NCBI GenBank assembly: GCA_031835245.2
Contig: JAVKOQ020000004.1
Location: 124,001 to 188,000, forward strand
Length of the DNA: 64,000 nucleotides
Reading direction: 5' to 3'
Source: Balamuthia mandrillaris
Lineage: Eukaryota
Within the stretch, counting starts at the first letter, position 1; every line of letters begins with the position of its first letter. The notes beneath the pieces were generated by a model. It did not search any database. It saw nothing but the letters and a program-made list of their open reading frames with translations, and was not told the DNA's origin. The position numbers and the translations under genes are program-made. Below, one piece after another: positions 26,655 to 38,269 of this stretch.

Positions 26655-27491
26655 ATGGCGTCGGTGAGTGCGTTGTGGGAGCTGGCGCCTACGGGCTTGG
26701 CCATTGCGGCCTTCTTGGGATCTGCTTCCATCACCATGCCCCTTGCCGACTACGTGAGCCAAAAATACTTTGATCAACCTCGCTTCGTACGCTTCTTTTT
26801 TTCTTTTTTTTCCCCCCCACTTCGTTTTCATCAATTTTTTGTTTCCTAACAAATCATCTCTCTCTCTCTCTTTCTCTTTCTCTCACTCTCTCTCTCCCCC
26901 TCTTATCTGTTCTTTCTTCTATGCTTCTTTCTTTCTTCCGGTCCTCAGCTGACTTACGACAGGGATCGCCACCACGTCTTTTGGCAGGAGCGAAGGGACC
27001 GCATTGACCAAGAACGCAGCAGCCTCATCTTCACCCACTCTATTCGCCACGGCCGTCCCATCCGTTGGGACGCTGATGCCGGCATCTACGTCACCGAACC
27101 CTTTCAACCCGCTTCTGCCTCTTCTTCCTCTCAAAAGAAGCACACCAAAGAACGAGCCAAAGCCGCTGCCACTGGGTTAGAAGACTGTGAAGCAAATGAC
27201 TACCTCCTCCGTCTCTGTCGCACACAAACCAGGGATGGCGCTCTGCCGATACACTTTTACTCCACCGATCCCAAGCATTGCCCTCCCCCTCCCTCTCCGC
27301 GACGATTGAGGAAGATCGTTGGCTACCAGCATCCCTTGGAGAAGCCCACCTTGGATCCCATCAAGATACCGCTGTTCACCGTCCCCGTTTTCATGTATCG
27401 TCTGATCCATCCCCCCGGCAGCAACCAGCACCAGGTCTATCCTGCTTTGCCTCCAAAGCAGGAGGTGGATGCTTCCTCTGGGCATCATTAA
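26655..27491 (+). CDS. NDUFA1 (MWFE)-like protein with long C-terminal extension (exons 26655-26786, 26949-27491; ~224 aa)
   Basis: LWELAPTGLAIAAFLG (TM) ...PRFLTYDRDRHHVFWQERRDRI resembles the W-x-E/TM/...MERRD pattern of NDUFA1; a phase-0 GT-AG intron gives an open frame. Confidence 0.45.
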
Positions 27492-27607
27492 CGCCAAACC
27501 ACTCTGTGAAACTCTTCCACCCCTTTTTAAAATATGTTTTTTTTTTGTGTGTTACTAACGTTTATTGTTGTTGTTGTGCAATGAAGAAAGAGAACGGATG
27601 AGGGGAG

Positions 27608-27745
<138 letters not shown>

Positions 27746-28136
27746 GACTCAGAGAAGAGAGAGGAGAAAGATGAGAGAGTGGCAGAGGAGGGATAGAGAG
27801 AGAGAGAGAGAGAGAGCAAGGAGAGAGGGAGAGAGAGAGGGAGAAGAGAGAGGAGAGAGAGAGAGAGAGCAAGAAGCAGGAGGAGAGAAGAGAGAAAGAT
27901 CGGCCATCATTTCGCCTTAAACTGCTTTTTAGGAGGGGGGGTGACCCGGAGGATAAATAGCCTCTCCTCCTCCTTCTGGCCGCCGGATGACGCCAATCGC
28001 GGTAAAAGTAGGTGCAACTTTCGTTCCCCCCCCATGCATTCATTTCCTCTCTCTCTTTTTTTTTTCTGCAAAGGTCTAACAGTAGCCTTCATTTTTCTTT
28101 TTTTTGTTCTCACAACGACCAGTCAAAACGAACGGA

Positions 28137-29584
28137 ATGAAGACGGCCTGCTTGCTGGTGGTGCTGTCCCTCCTACTCGCTGTTGCGGTGGTGACCGCCG
28201 CTGCCGCCGGCGCGCCCTCCCCTCGCCTTCTCCTCAAGTCGCAGCCGGTGAGCTCCCCCCACTGGCAGCCGCTCCTCCGGGAGGAGGCCGCTGCCGGCCG
28301 CACCGCCCCGTTGACCCTCTACGCCGCCCTGACGGAGCGCAACCTGGAGTACTTTGAGAAGCTGGCCCTGGCCATCGCCGACCCGGACAGCCCCGCCTAC
28401 GGCCGCCAGCTCTCCCTCAAGGAGGTGACAGAATTGACCGCCCCGGAGCAGGAGTCTGTGGACCAGGTGGTGGAGTGGTTGTCCCGCCATGGCGTGACCG
28501 ACTACGAGGTCATGGCCTCCCGCAGCTTCATCAGGTTCAAGGCCACGGTGGAGCAGGCCGAGCGCCTTCTCAACTGCCAGTTCCGCACCTTCTCCCACGT
28601 GCTCTCCCCCGCCAAGACCGTGCTGCGCTGCCACACCCCCAGCTTCCTGGAAGAGGGCGTCCACCCCTTGATCGACTTTATCGAGCCCGTGCACGGCTTC
28701 CCGCGCCTCAAGAACGTGCGCGACCCGTCCACCAACGTGGCCGCGAGCAACCAAAAGGGCAGGGACAAGAACGTCAACGTCACCCCCACTCTGATCAGGC
28801 AGCTCTACAATGTGACCGTGGGCACGCCCAACCTCGGCGTGAACAACACGCAGGCCGTGTGGGAGGATCAGGACGACTACTCCACCTCTGACCTCCAAAA
28901 GTTCTTCCGCTCCTTTGCCCCCAACTTGGTTGGCCAGAAGGTCGTCAAGGACCTTGGTGATGCTAAGAATGATCCTCATAACCCTGGTACGCTTTGTTTC
29001 TTTCTTTCCTGTTCTTCTTTCTTCTTTTATTTCTTCTCTTCTTCTCTTCTTCTTTCTGCTAACTTTAACAACAGGAGAGGGAGAGGCTGCTTTAGATCTT
29101 CAGTACATCATGGCTATGGGCAGCTTCTGTCCCACTTACTACTATCTCTACAAGGAGGACGACATCTTTGACGCCTTCTTCAGGTGGGTGACCGACCTGG
29201 CCAGCGACCCAAGGCCTCCTCTCATTCATTCTGTGTCCTACGGAGAGTACGGTGGCGACTACCCCAACGCCACAGTTCAGCGTATTAGCAACGAATGGAT
29301 GAAGCTTGGCGGTATGTTTCTCTTTTTGTTTGTCGTTCGTTCTGCCTCGTTCTTGTTGGGATCTCAAACTAATGAACAATAAAACATACAAAGCTCGTGG
29401 AGTCAGCATCTTGGTAGCCAGCGGAGACGATGGCGTTGGTTGTAATGACAATTGCACCAAGTTCGAGTTCCCTTACCCCAGCAGCCCGTGGATCACCTTG
29501 GTCGGTGGTACTGTCGTGAAACAAAGTACGTCTTCTTTCTTGTTTCTTTCGTTTATTCTCGCTTCTTCATCTTACTGCTATTTT

Positions 29585-29621
<37 letters not shown>

Positions 29622-30290
29622 CTAACAAACCCTCTTTCTCTTCATTGGCAGACTCTTCTGGCCAGAAGTATGAGGTCGGATGGGACGGCAGCTCTGGCGG
29701 TTTCTCCGCTGACTTTTCCATTCCCTCTTGGCAAGCCGCGGACGTGGCCTACTATCTCAAGAATGCCCCCAATCTGCCTACGTCCTACTTCAATGGCAAT
29801 GGTCGTGGCCTTCCTGATATCTCTGCTCCTGGTTCGCCCTCTTTCTTTTATTGTTATTCTTTCTTTTCCCAAAGTTTGTTGACTTTGTTTTTGTCCTACA
29901 GCTGATTACGTTCAAATTGTTTTGGGTGGTTATACTCAAAGCATTGGTGGCACTTCCTGCAGTGCTCCCATTCTTTCTGGTACCATCTTGTTCCCTTTGT
30001 CTTTTCCTTCTTTCTTCGTTCTTCTGTCTCATTCAACAACAAAAATAGGTCTGTTCAGTTTGATCAACGGTTACAGGATCAAGGCTAACAAGAGTCCATT
30101 GGGCTACCTGAACCCAATGCTCTACGCCCTTGCCAAGAAGATCCCTGCCGCCTACCACGACATCACGGAGGGCTCCAACCCGGACGGCTGCTGCCCTGGC
30201 TTCCCGTGCTACAAGGGATGGGACCCTGTGACTGGCTTGGGCACTCCCAACTTTGGCGTCTTCTTACAGTTTGCCATGTCTCTTCCTTGA
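28137..30290 (+). CDS. Sedolisin/tripeptidyl-peptidase I-like serine protease (S53), signal peptide plus prodomain, multi-exon
   Basis: Signal peptide; prodomain DPDSPAYGRQLS; catalytic motifs GEAALDLQY, SGDDG and GGTSCSAP; Ca-binding tail DITEGSN...GWDPVTGLGTP. Confidence 0.92.
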
Positions 30291-30841
30291 GAAATTTGAC
30301 GACAAGGCCGATGATGAACAGAGCTAAAGGGTTACCAACATTTCCTTCATGTTTTATTTTGTTTGGATGATTATAACGGTTACTTCTTACGGTGTTTATC
30401 ATCGACGGTATCACTGTTTTGTTATTGTGATGTATGTTTTTTTTTTCTTTTCTTTTTGACACCACTCAGTGTAAAAGGAGGGCGTTCCTTTTGTCGCCCA
30501 CCACAAGAAATTCTCTGTGAAGGAATATCATGTCGACACGAAAATTAATTAATTTTTTTTCCCGCCTTTTTAACTTTCTTACCCACCGGCTTCTGCGAAC
30601 ACAAAAGAGGAAACAACAAAAAGGGGGGAAGTTGCCAACAACAAGGCGAGCCGCTTAAAATAAAATAGTCTTCGACCGACTGCTCATTTTTCCACAAGAT
30701 CTGAGCTAAAACAAGGGTTAGTTTATTTGTGATCATGTTTTTGTTTTTGTTTTTGTTTTTGTTTTTGTTTTTGTTTTTGTTTTTGTTTGTTGGTATTATG
30801 AGTAAGCGAAAAAAAAAAAAAACAGAACGAAAACAGCAGGC

Positions 30842-32880
30842 ATGGAAGAGCAAGACGAACAACTCGCAGACTTCGAGAGAGCCTTAGAAGCGAAAACAAA
30901 TCCGCAGGACATTAAAGCAGACTTCAGGCACTACAGGAAATCAGCAGAGGAAAAAGTAGCGCAATTGCGAAAGAAAAACGAGCAGCTTAAGAAGGATCAC
31001 GACCAGAAGCTTGACCTTCTCTTGCGCAAGTTGGCAGTGGCAGAAAACGAAGCAGCAAAACTGCAGGAGGAAAATAAGCATCTTAGGGAAACGGCTGATG
31101 CAATTCATCGTCAGTCAGGGTGGGCCACTCAGGAGGCGGGCGAGGAGGATGAGGAGCAAAGACAACCTCTACAACAAAACGAATATCAAGAAGCTAAAGA
31201 AGCAAAGGGAAAAGAAAAAGAATCGAATGAATGCCAGCAGTTTTGTCAAGCCTTCCAACAACCTCCTATGAATATGCGTGTCAATGGCAAACGCAAGAAC
31301 TCTGGTGAGGAGCTGCTTAACAATCCCGCGAAGCCAAGACAAATAGCCAAGTGTGGAGTGGTAAGCCAGTACTTCAAACGCTGGTTACGAGAGCATGTAC
31401 AACATAACCACAAGGTATATGAATAGCATTCTTCTTCAACTCTTGCACGTTTTCACACTATGCTATAGACTCTTGTGTACTGCGATGCATTTGCAGGACG
31501 GGGCAAATACGATAACTCCAACGATCCCAGTAATGTGGTTGAATCAGCAGCCTTCAGCATCATTTCAGCAGCCAGTCAGCTCATGAGCTGTGGGGAAGTA
31601 ACTCTTCATATGGTTCTTATTGAGAAAACACGGAATAATTGGAAGGATCTTTGTACAGCAGTCTGTGATAAGCTGCAAATGGATCAACAGCCGATAGGCG
31701 GAAAGGTATTACCTGTCAAAAAGGTATATGACAACAGCTTAATCCTTCGCATTAAAGTTATCCAATCGAAATGTGAAGCAGCCAGTGGCCACCTGTCACA
31801 CTATCCTTGCAATTATCCACTCTTTGCATTTTTTGACCCTTTTGGTTGGAGCGGTTATTCAAAATCCTTCATCAACTTCCTAAGACACCACTTTAGCTGG
31901 TGTGACATTCTTGTGAACTTCATGTCTAGCAGCATTGACCGATTTCGCACATCAGCAAAACAGCAAAAGTCTTTTGTAAGGATGACTTCCTTTTCCAATG
32001 GACTAAATCAATTCATTACAGTGCAAGACCAGGACTTCAAAACGCGTGTGGAAGAGTACTGCAACCAGTACTTCAACGCAGTGAATGACACCAACAATCA
32101 TTGCTTGTATCCTGTGAGACTTGCTGTTAGGCGTACCCCAAATGCACCTCTTTACCACTTGCTTTTTCTCAGTGTTTCACAGCAAGTTGCGCTTTTCTCC
32201 TTTTTCTTTTCTTTGTGGTAAGAGATGCTGATTTTTTCATACAGGCTCGCATGATGATGAAAGCTACCATCCTAGAGGAGGCATGCTGGTATGACAACAA
32301 ACAGGGGGTCGTTGTTTTTGATGAAAAGCAGCAAAAATACAACTTGGACAAACAGAGTTGCATAGAGCATGCTGCTCGCCTCATCAAGAAACAGGTAACT
32401 AAACAAAAGCTTCTTTTTTGCTTTGCATCTCTTCTTTATTGATCTTTTTAAAACATTCATAGTTTGGGCAAAATCTGGGTGATATCCCTGCCATGCAAAG
32501 ATTTGTGATGGAGGAAACTCCTTTCAATTGGTGTAATCAGTTAGTTGAGGCTGCTTGCAAAACTTGCACCAGCCATAACCAGTCTCAGCTTTCATTCAAA
32601 CCTGCACGCAAACATACACACAAACCTGCATGCAAAAACAATGAAGGAAGCAGTTCATCTGCTTCACACCAATGTTCCTCTTTGGACCAAAGGAATGGAT
32701 TCGGTTCTAGGTTTCTTCTGCCCCTTCTTATTTCTTTGTCCTGCTGATACCTACTAACAGTTCTATGCTTTGTTTGGTTTTTGCAGCAAACGTCATAAAA
32801 CTAGTGCCACCAGGGATGGGCCTAGACGTATGCCTTTGATGGATATTACTTCCATGCAACAAAACAAGCTGAACATATGA
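30842..32880 (+). CDS. TcmP (three-Cys-motif partner)-like SAM-methyltransferase-fold protein with N-terminal coiled coil and C-terminal wHTH-like region; exons 30842-31414, 31469-32185, 32245-32394, 32463-32710, 32787-32880 (~593 aa)
   Basis: Spliced frame is open. Motifs AKCGVVSQYFKRW, LVYCDAFAGRGKY, MVLIEK, PLFAFFDPFG, DILVNFM...IDRF, LYHLLFLS...MMKA and F-G...ETPF occur in the order seen in bacterial TcmP proteins. Confidence 0.75.
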
Positions 32881-33033
32881 TGAACTTCTTCCTCTTAATA
32901 TTGTTTTTTGTGCATTAGCGGTTTTGGTACACCCCGTTAACGGCTACGGGTGCCTCTGCTTCGCGCTTGTGCTAGCAACTCCTTTTGTAAATTGTATAAA
33001 TTGTTTTTATACTCCCTGAGGCACCGCTTAAAA

Positions 33034-33267
33034 GGTGCGACATTCTTGTGAACTTTATGTCCAGCAGAATCGACCGATTCCGCAGAACGGCAAAACAACA
33101 ATTGTCTTTCAACAGGATGGCTTCCTCTTCCAACGGACCAAATCCGTTGCTGTGCAGGACGTGGACTTCAAAACGCGTGTGGAAGAGTACTGCAAGCTGT
33201 ATTTCAATGCTGTGAACGATATCACGGACGATTGTCGCTTGTATCCTGTGAGACTTGCTGTTAGACA
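33034..33267 (+). pseudogene. TcmP-like paralogue copy 2, 5' piece (5'-truncated, frameshifted)
   Basis: High DNA similarity to 31900-32130 (CDILVNFMSS.IDRF...VQDVDFKTRVEEYC...LYPVRLAVR); interrupted by the LTR at 33268. Confidence 0.85.
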
Positions 33268-33471
33268 TGTTGAGCAGTAGGTGCGAGCACAACGAGGAAG
33301 TGATGTGTGTAAGAAAAGTATTATTGTGCTAAAGAAGAAGATAACAAAGAAGAGTATAAATAGTAGAAGAGAGAGTGATTCTGAGAAGTAACCTAGAATC
33401 GGTGAAGGGTGACAGAAGTTGTATATGATGCTATGATAAGTTTGTCACCTATCAAACGCTTCATTCCAACA
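33268..33471 (-). repeat. 3' LTR of the copia element (204 bp, TGTTG...CAACA)
   Basis: Terminal inverted repeats; adjacent polypurine tract GAGGAGGAG (33472-33480, minus strand). Confidence 0.92.
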
Positions 33472-36400
33472 CTCCTCCTCAACTTGGGGAACACTGAACT
33501 AGTCCACTCTCGTCGCGGAGCTTCTTTAACGCTGGTTCTGGAAGTGGCTTGGTTAGGAAGTCAGCGATGTTGTCTTTTGAGGGACAGTAGATAGGTTCGA
33601 TGTGTCCTTCGATAGTCTTCTCTTTGATGAAGTGATAACGAAGATCGATATGCTTGACTTTAGGAGAAGGTGCCGTTCCGTTGATGATGGCGATGCAAGC
33701 TTGGTTGTCTTCGTAGAGAGGAGTTGGATTTAGAATAGGAAGTTTAATTTCCATAAGAAGTTGCCTAATTGAGAGAATGGATTTTGTTGCTGAAGCAGCG
33801 ATGTATTCTGCTTCTGCAGTTGATTGTGCGGTGCATCGTTGCTTTTGCGATTTCCATGCAATTGGTGCTCCACAAGCTTTGACGATGAAGCCGGTGCGGG
33901 AGCGTCGATGAAATCTGTTTCTTGCCCAGTCTGCATCGACCCATGCCGTAAGGTTGAGTCCTTCTCCTCCATTGAACCTGAGTCCGGTAGCTGGTGTTCC
34001 CTTGAGGTACTGGAGAATCCGTTTAGCTGCCTTCCAGTGTGCAGGAGAGGGATCAGAGCAGAATTGAGCCAGAATGTTGACAGGAGCAGCGATATCTGGT
34101 CTCGTTCTCGTTGAGAGGTAGAGGAGGCTGCCGATCAGAGCTTGGTAGGGATGTTTCGAATTAAGTTTCTTTTCGTTTTCTCGTCGCGGAAAGAACTGTT
34201 CGCCAGGAAGCATCGGTTTGTCCACTGATTTGCAGTTGGTCATATCGTATGTTTCCAAATCATTCACGTGTTTTCGCTGATGAACCGTAACCGTTCTTTT
34301 CTCTAAGTCTTGTTCGATTTCCATACCGAGAAGATATTTTACGCGACCGAGATCAGAAAGCTCAAACTCTTTGGCAAGAGCTTGCTTCAATTCAGAAATG
34401 TAATTTTCGTTTTTGCCGGTGATGGTCATGTCGTCAACGTAAAGGCCGATCAACATCATCAATTCTCCTCCTTCGGTCTTGTAGTAGACGCAGGGATCCG
34501 TCAGCGTAGGAGAGAATTTGAGTTTGCGAAGAAGAGCATCGATCTTTTTCCACCATTGTCGCGGTGCTTGTTTAATGCCGTAGAGCGCTTTCAGAAGAAG
34601 ACAGACCCAGTCAGGATGGTTAGGGTCGACGAAGCCTTCAGGCTGACGCATGTAGATGATCTCTTCGAGGTCTCCGTTAAGGAAGGCGGTAACGAAATCA
34701 ATATGATAAATAGGCCAACCGAAACAAGCCGCGATAGCAAGGAGTAGAAGAAGAAAAACGATATCGATGACAGGAGCGAAGGTGTTGCGGTAGTCGATGC
34801 CATAGCGTTGCGTGAAGCCTTGAGCTACAGACGCCCTTTGAACTTCTCGATGGTGTTGTCAGGTCGTTGCTTGATACGATAAACCCACTTAGAGCCGATA
34901 GGCTTGCAATCAGGTGGAGGTTTGACGAGCTTCCAAGTATTTTTGGACATAAGGCCAACGTACTCCCGATTTTCAGCTTCTTTCCACTGTTCAGCTTGCG
35001 GACAACTCATTGCCTCTTTATGAGTTCTTGGGACGATGATGTTGGAGACGGAGAAAGAATGTCCCTTTTGTTTGAGAAGTCTTTCGCTTTCTTCTGCATC
35101 GATGACCTTTTGCGTAGGTCGCCGTATTCGCTTGTTTGTTGAGTTGATAGGTGGAGGTAGGGATGGTAGGCTCTTTTTACTTTTCGTTGGTTGGTAGTAT
35201 CCATGATCATCCAATTCGTATGGACGATTATCCACTTCAGTAGTAGAGGTAGGAGTAGTCGATGACAACGAAGAAGAGGTAGATGAAATTGAAGACGACG
35301 AGTTGATTTCGTCAACGTTGGAGTCGTCTAGATCATACGTTTTCTCCTCCTGTTCCGTAGTGCTCTTGGTGTTGACCTCTTGGTCGTTAGAGACTCGCGG
35401 GGCGAAGGACAGACTTTCTTCGTCATCGACGTCCTCAGGATCGACCCATGGGCTCAGGATTTTGAGAATAATCGATTTGATTTCCAGGAATACCGAGAAC
35501 GTCACGAGAGTAGATTACGCTGTGCGTCGCCGGATTAAACAATTTGTAGCTCTCCATCTCGTCTCGAATTCCGATGAGAACCATCTCGATGGTTTTAGGG
35601 TCCATCTTACGTCGTTGTTGTTTAGGTACCCAAACATGCGCTCTGCTGCCGAATACTCGAAGGTGGCTGAGGTTTGGTCTTTTTCCGGTCCACTTTTCTT
35701 CTGGAGTGACGCTGGAACTTCGAGTACCAATACGATTCGTGATGTAGACAGCGTAGGAGAGAGCTTCAGCCCAGAAGTTGATGGGGAGCTTTGCATGATA
35801 GATCATGCTTCTAGCACGGTCAAGTAGCGTGTGATTCATGCGTTCTGCAACACCGTTTTGCTCTGGTGAGTAACGAGCGGTGAATTGATGTTGGATGCCG
35901 TTGTCAACGAGAAACTTGAAAAAATCGTTGTTGACGTATTCCGTTCCTTCGTCTGTGCGTATCGTCTTGATTACGTATCCAGATTGTTTCTCAACCATAG
36001 CACGAAACGGTTGAAACGAGTTGAATGCTTCGTTTTTGTGGAGTAGAAAGTCGATCCCGACTTTGTTGGTGTAATCGTCGATGAATGTGATAAAGTAGTA
36101 GGCGCCGCCGAAGTTTGGTACGTGAATCGGGCCGCAAAGATCCGAATGGACCAGCTCCAATGGAGCTTTTGCTCGTTCGCGAGTATCAGGATGTCGTTTG
36201 AAAGGAGCTCGCTCTTGTCGACCTTTGGTACACCCGGAGCAAAAAACTGGAAGCTTTCGCTCAGAAAAGGTGACGCCGTCAATAGCTTTGGATAAACGAA
36301 AAAGATTGTCTTTCCCGAGATGTCCAAGACGTTGGTGCCAAAGATAGGCCGGCTCGGCAGAAGCTTGGTTTGCGGAAAGTAGAAAGCTTTGAAATGCTTG

Positions 36401-38168
36401 GTTTTCCTCTTGGTCGTCAGCACCTTCGGATTCCGTTCCGTGAACTGAACCACGTAGTTCAACGTCGTGCTGATCGTTATACTCGTGATCGTGAGGGTCG
36501 TCCCACTCGTTATCAGAGTCGTCATCGAGTGCTTCGATAGAATCGTTAACGTTCCGTGCATCGTCGTTACTTGGTTCGTTTCGCGATTTGTAGTCTGGTT
36601 CACGATAGCATCCGTTAAGCTTGAAGAGTCGCTGATTGTGACGAGCTGAAGCAAAACCGACAGTTTTACCGTTGTGCTTGAGAACGGCTTGCTGATTTTC
36701 TTTGAAAGAAATTTCAACACCTGACTCGTTGAGCGCTAAAATAAAGAGGAGGTTCTTGGAGAATTTGTCCGAGTAGTAAACGTTGCGGATAGTGTAGGGG
36801 TGATTTTCCTTGCCGTTGTGCATCCATATTGGCATGTACCCGCGTTCTTGGCACTGAATGACTTCGCCGTTACCCAGTTCTATATGTAAGGAGCAGCTTT
36901 CAACAAGAGCCAGTCTCGACGAAAGGTAAAGTGATGAGACGCTCCAGAATCTAGGTAGATAGGATCCGAAGTTTTTCGTGTTGAAGAGGTGGACGAAATA
37001 GAAAATAAGGTGCCTCGTTCCCACGAAGACGGCTGAGAAGGAAGGGCCTTCGTTTCTCCAGCGACGTTCTGCAATCCTTGTTCCGTTTTTGGTTTACGCG
37101 GTTTCGAAGGGCATTGCTCGGCCTTGTGACCGAAATCACGACAATTTTCGCATCGATTAGATTGCTTGTTTTTGAACGAAGGTTTCCTGTATCGTTGTTT
37201 GTCGGAGTTGAAGGACGGTTTGTTTGTAGAAGGTTTTTCTTTTCCTTTGATGTGGTTTGAAGAAGAACCTTTGTGATGTCGGCCGTGACTGTGGTAATTA
37301 TAACCACCGTTTTGTTCGTGTGTCTTTCGACGAGCTTGCGCAATCTTCGATCGATATCCCATCTTCAAAGCATCTTTGACGCTCTTCTTGTCGTCGAGCT
37401 GGTTTTGCTCGATGTGTTCGATGGTCCAACAGTATTCATCTGTCGGAATGGAAGAAAGAAGCTTATTGATGTAGCGATGAGCCGGAACTTCAACATCGAG
37501 TTCTCTGAGCGCGGCACAGAGAGAGTCTATCTTTGCTAGGTAGTCTATCATGTTGCCACCGTTGACTCACTTTGCTCGAATCGTTTTGAATTCGTTGTCG
37601 TATTTTTTGATCATGTCTCTTCTTGACGATCTGAACTGCCTTGAGAGAAATTCCCAAAGTTGACATGAAGTCGATAGTTTGAATTGTCTGACTTCGTCGT
37701 AGAGAGAATCAGATAGGTTTTTCGATGATGAGACCTTTTGCACGTTGGTCTCGTTTCTTCCAGGCACGGACTGCTGCACGTTGGTCTGAAGAAACTTGCT
37801 TTTGAAGGTCGAACAGCTGTTGTTTCGCTCTTGCAAGTTCTTCGTTCGTTTCGTCTTCTTTCTTTTTACCTTTGGTAGAAGAAGGAGCCGCATCTTCGTC
37901 AGAATCAACATCCGATTTGTTGAGCGGTAAAAGAAGAGAAAGGACGGATTGCGAGGCGCGTGAAGATGATTCTTCAGGTTCCTCTGGGCTTCTTTCTTCT
38001 CCACTCACTATATCCCACACGTTCTCCTTGATGAGGAGTTTTTCCATCTGGCGCTTCCATTGCCAGTAGTCGCCGTCTTCCCGTAGACTTCGTACTTTTT
38101 CTGCCGACATTTTCTTTTGTGCGAAAGACAGGACTGGAATGTGTCCGGAGTTTCGAAGAAGCAATCGC

Positions 38169-38182
38169 GTGGGCCCATAACC
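38169..38182 (-). other. Primer-binding site GGTTATGGGCCCAC, complementary to the anticodon arm of initiator tRNA-Met
   Basis: Abuts the LTR end (...CAACA|GGTTATGGGCCC), the same type as the Drosophila copia/Ty5 PBS. Confidence 0.85.
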
Positions 38183-38269
38183 TGTTGAGCAGTAGGTGCA
38201 AGCACAACGAGGAAGTGATGTGTGTAAGAAAAGTATTATTGTGCTAAAGAAGAAGATAACAAAGAAGAG
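38183..38269 (-). repeat. Truncated 5' LTR (87 bp)
   Basis: Matches 33268-33354 with one substitution, then switches abruptly to host sequence. Confidence 0.9.

Larger units (their letters stand above)
33268..38269 (-). mobile_element. Ty1/copia LTR retrotransposon, decayed (stop, frameshifts, truncated 5' LTR)
   Basis: Copia domain order: gag (YWQWKRQM, CCHC CENCRDFGHKAEQC), protease (YLDSGASHH), integrase (LWHQRLGH...CSGC, LVHSDLCGP, EQNGVAER), RT (KALYGIKQAPR, YVDD), RNase H (DADWA, AEAEY, ADFLTK). In-frame TGA at 37567 and several frameshifts. Confidence 0.97.

Noticed and set aside
28173..28979. Long antisense ORFs over sedolisin, ankyrin (55598-57260) and HECT exons
   Set aside because: Shadow ORFs of GC-rich coding sequence on the opposite strand; no recognisable motifs
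30842..32880. Bacterial contamination as the source of the TcmP-like gene
   Set aside because: It has spliceosomal introns shared with its paralogues, host-type flanks, the host upstream motif, and a eukaryotic retrotransposon inserted in a paralogue
32915..33033. Short inverted repeat GGTGCCTC/GAGGCACC at the junction of TcmP copies 1 and 2 as a MITE or Helitron end
   Set aside because: Only 8 bp, with no TSD and no second copy in the window
37567..37569. In-frame TGA in copia gag as possible programmed readthrough
   Set aside because: It lies mid-gag before the zinc knuckle, and the element has several other frameshifts; decay is the simpler explanation
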